DNA of 41,547 nucleotides from a virus (Duplodnaviria; Heunggongvirae; Uroviricota; Caudoviricetes): IMG/VR virus record IMGVR_UViG_2529292882_000020, positions 1 to 41,547 of that record; one strand, 5' to 3'. Shown piece by piece: positions 39,326 to 41,547 of this stretch (position 1 is its first letter; each line of letters starts with the position of its first letter). The notes under the pieces were generated by a model. It saw only the letters and a program-made list of their open reading frames with translations, ran no database searches and was not told where the DNA came from. The position numbers and the translations under genes were made by a program.

Positions 39326-39359
39326 GAACACCTCCCGGCCTTTTAAGCCGGGAGTCAGC

Positions 39360-40574
39360 CTATGATAGTTCAGCGTAAAGTTCTATCAGCTCAGTAATGA
39401 ATGCTCCGAGCGTTATTAATTCTTCTCTAACTGCTTCTGGGTATTTTTTATGTAAAGTTGATGGTACAACGAGTCTGACACCCGCATCTTTCATTTCTCG
39501 GTATTGTGCTGAAGAAACACCTTCTTGCAGCGTAAATAAATGTACCTGATGGATTTTATCTGCTTCATTCAGTATCTGACGCCAGCGATCTTTGCAGGTG
39601 GTCTTTACTGCCAGCATACGTAAGTTTTCTACAGGAAATTCAACGTTATGATATGCCTCTGCTGAAGGAAACAGGAAATCTGGTTTTTTATTACCTTCAG
39701 TAACTGCCTGAGTGGAGAAATGCCGTAGTCCGTGCTCGATAAAAAGCTTCTCTAGGTGAAGTTCAAGTGATTTACCTGCCCTTGATTTACGTCGATTACT
39801 GACAGAGTTGGCTAATGCAATAAACTCATCTACAGAATCGAATCCTTTCTTAATAATATCAAGAACATGTAATTCCTCGACGAGTAGAAAAATATCATAC
39901 TCGACACGCCGACGGTCAATCAGTTGCTCATCTGGATCCTTGGAGTTTTTAGCATAATGGCCAGCAGCATATTGAATAATTTCGTTTCCAGAAGGAAAAC
40001 GCTTCTTCCAGTCTTCAGGAATAACATATTTATGATTTACTGGAGTTTGCTGAAGAGACAATCCGCCCAAAATTTGTCCGGCAGGGCCGGAAATTAGGGT
40101 TCCAGGTATGATTTCGCCAATAGCAGACTCGATGATATCCTCTTCATCGGGATTGACGCAGACCCATATATCTACCTCGGAACAGTCAGTGTTCTGTTCG
40201 TTTAACCTGAAAGCAAGAATTGTGAGGGCTCCTGTATTTTCAGGGTTCTGTAATGGACTTCCTCTCCCCCAGCGCGTAATTCTTTTTTCGTTTCGGGTCT
40301 TACCAAAATAACGGTTGTTGTAATAAATTGCGCGTGCTTGGGTATCAGGGCAATCATGGGATGATACATGCGCAGTAAGGAAGACTGAAGGGTTCAGTTC
40401 GCGAGTATGATTGATAGATGGAAAAAGCTTTTCAACGATATTTGAGGGGATATAAAGTCCGACCTGATGGCCACCTGTTGCGCCTGTGTCGTTTGCAGAA
40501 AGACGTTTGATGTAGATAAAGTAATTCCCGCTTGCGATATCAAGCAGCCAGTTATGAAAAACCGACATATACAT
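39360..40574 (-). CDS. EcoRII-like type IIE restriction endonuclease
   Basis: 404 aa; near-collinear with R.EcoRII as recalled (YIKRLSANDTGATGGHQVGLYIP...MLAVKTTCKDRWRQILNEADKI); convergent with the methylase. Confidence 0.85.
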   Translation of the reverse strand: MYMSVFHNWLLDIASGNYFIYIKRLSANDTGATGGHQVGLYIPSNIVEKLFPSINHTRELNPSVFLTAHVSSHDCPDTQARAIYYNNRYFGKTRNEKRITRWGRGSPLQNPENTGALTILAFRLNEQNTDCSEVDIWVCVNPDEEDIIESAIGEIIPGTLISGPAGQILGGLSLQQTPVNHKYVIPEDWKKRFPSGNEIIQYAAGHYAKNSKDPDEQLIDRRRVEYDIFLLVEELHVLDIIKKGFDSVDEFIALANSVSNRRKSRAGKSLELHLEKLFIEHGLRHFSTQAVTEGNKKPDFLFPSAEAYHNVEFPVENLRMLAVKTTCKDRWRQILNEADKIHQVHLFTLQEGVSSAQYREMKDAGVRLVVPSTLHKKYPEAVREELITLGAFITELIELYAELS

Positions 40575-40641
40575 CCCTTTGTTAACATACAGTCAGGGTT
40601 AACATTTTTCCATAGTTATAGATAAGCGGCTAGGAACTTAA

Positions 40642-40676
40642 GGGAAAAACAAAAAGCCCGCATAAGCGGGCTTTTG
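40642..40676 (-). terminator. strong intrinsic terminator on minus strand (AGCCCGC ttat GCGGGCT + TTTTTGTTTTT), weaker on plus strand
   Basis: perfect 7-bp GC stem; lies upstream of the R gene start. Confidence 0.65.
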
Positions 40677-40822
40677 TGTCACTCGAGAGCCGCGGCTCCT
40701 TTGCGTATCCTTTTTTGTCTCCTCACCGTCTGGTCGGTGTCCTGCTGAGACTGCTAACTTCCTGTTTTTGTTGGTGTTGTCCTTACACCGTCCAATCATG
40801 ATTGGTGGAGCTGGCGGGAGTT

Positions 40823-40862
40823 GAAACCGCAGCCACGTCGTATGCAAGAACGTGCTGCGGTT
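40823..40862. repeat. cassette-boundary hairpin repeat, copy B
   Basis: GAAACCGCAGCCACGTCGTATGCAAGAACGTGCTGCGGTT; about 90% identical to copy A. Confidence 0.7.
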
Positions 40863-41076
40863 GGCTGGTGAACTTCCGATAGGGCGAGTATTGAATGATT
40901 TACAGCCGTTATTGATTTTACATATTTTTTGTATGAAAGGATTAGCGCCTCCTCCCACCGATCCTCCATGGCTTTACGCCAGTGTCTCTAGGACTGCTAT
41001 GTGCCAATAGGAGACGCTAGTGACATTATGCTATGTTAACGTATTGCACTAATCCATATTTCGATGGTCAAGATAT

Positions 41077-41547
41077 ATGAAAGTCAGTCAACTCAAAATC
41101 ATATCTCACAATGATATATTACCTGCTCTTTTAGGAAGAGTGTTCCATGTTACGCCTGAAAATAATATGTCTCTCATAAAACAGTCCGGCGCTTTGATCC
41201 CAAACTCGGAATTATTGCAGATGTCAAGATTTGGAAACTCATCAAATGGTTTTTTCAGACGGCGTAACTGTGTTTCCTTTTTTGACTACAGATGTTATGG
41301 GACTAAGCATTGGGAAGAACATGCCTATAAATGTTTTCCAACTCAGTTTATAAAACATGTGCCTAATGATAGAATTTCAATACTATTTCTTCATGAAAGC
41401 AAATTCGATAAATTGATCCCCTGGACTGCATGGAAAGCAGAAGAGGCATGGAGTGATAGGGTGGTCCCATACGTTGAAACTGGATATAAAGGCATAGTCT
41501 CCTTAAGTGAGATTACTGAAGAGTTAATTGTTGGGTTTGACTGCTAG
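41077..41547 (+). CDS. AT-rich hypothetical protein (156 aa), function unknown
   Basis: complete ORF ending TAG at the window edge; Cys/His/Trp/Phe-rich; no recognisable motif. Confidence 0.35.
   Translation: MKVSQLKIISHNDILPALLGRVFHVTPENNMSLIKQSGALIPNSELLQMSRFGNSSNGFFRRRNCVSFFDYRCYGTKHWEEHAYKCFPTQFIKHVPNDRISILFLHESKFDKLIPWTAWKAEEAWSDRVVPYVETGYKGIVSLSEITEELIVGFDC

Noticed and set aside
40638-40958. 106-aa minus-strand ORF spanning the terminator and palindromes
   Set aside because: Runs straight through an intrinsic terminator hairpin and repeat copy B; low-complexity translation; treated as non-coding.

Overview
Enterobacterial (E. coli-like) chromosome carrying a complete proA (1-1254) and tRNA-Thr thrW (1369-1444), followed from 1459 to the window end by a mosaic prophage integrated at thrW. 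No right attachment site is visible, so the element continues past the window. Modules in order: P22-type int/xis; early-left genes resembling the K-12 CPS-53 yfdP-Q-R-S-T set; cI/cro immunity with CTAAG-N4-CTTAG operators; replication gene with internal iterons; Dam-like MTase, LexA-DBD protein, RusA, Q antiterminator; lambda-like lysis cassette (holin, R, Rz/Rz1); HK97-like head module; Mu-like contractile tail and baseplate; Gin/Pin-type invertible tail-fibre segment with invertase. AT-rich cargo sits at four classical moron positions. Most worth follow-up: (1) cassettes right of the invertase, bounded by three copies of a ~40-bp imperfect hairpin repeat, carrying an uncharacterised GIY-YIG protein and an EcoRII-like R-M pair; (2) an opposite-strand HNH-like gene between Q and holin; (3) a 2-TM coiled-coil protein after Rz; (4) an unknown ORF at the window end. 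All calls rest on reading the sequence and recalled family knowledge; no database search was run.
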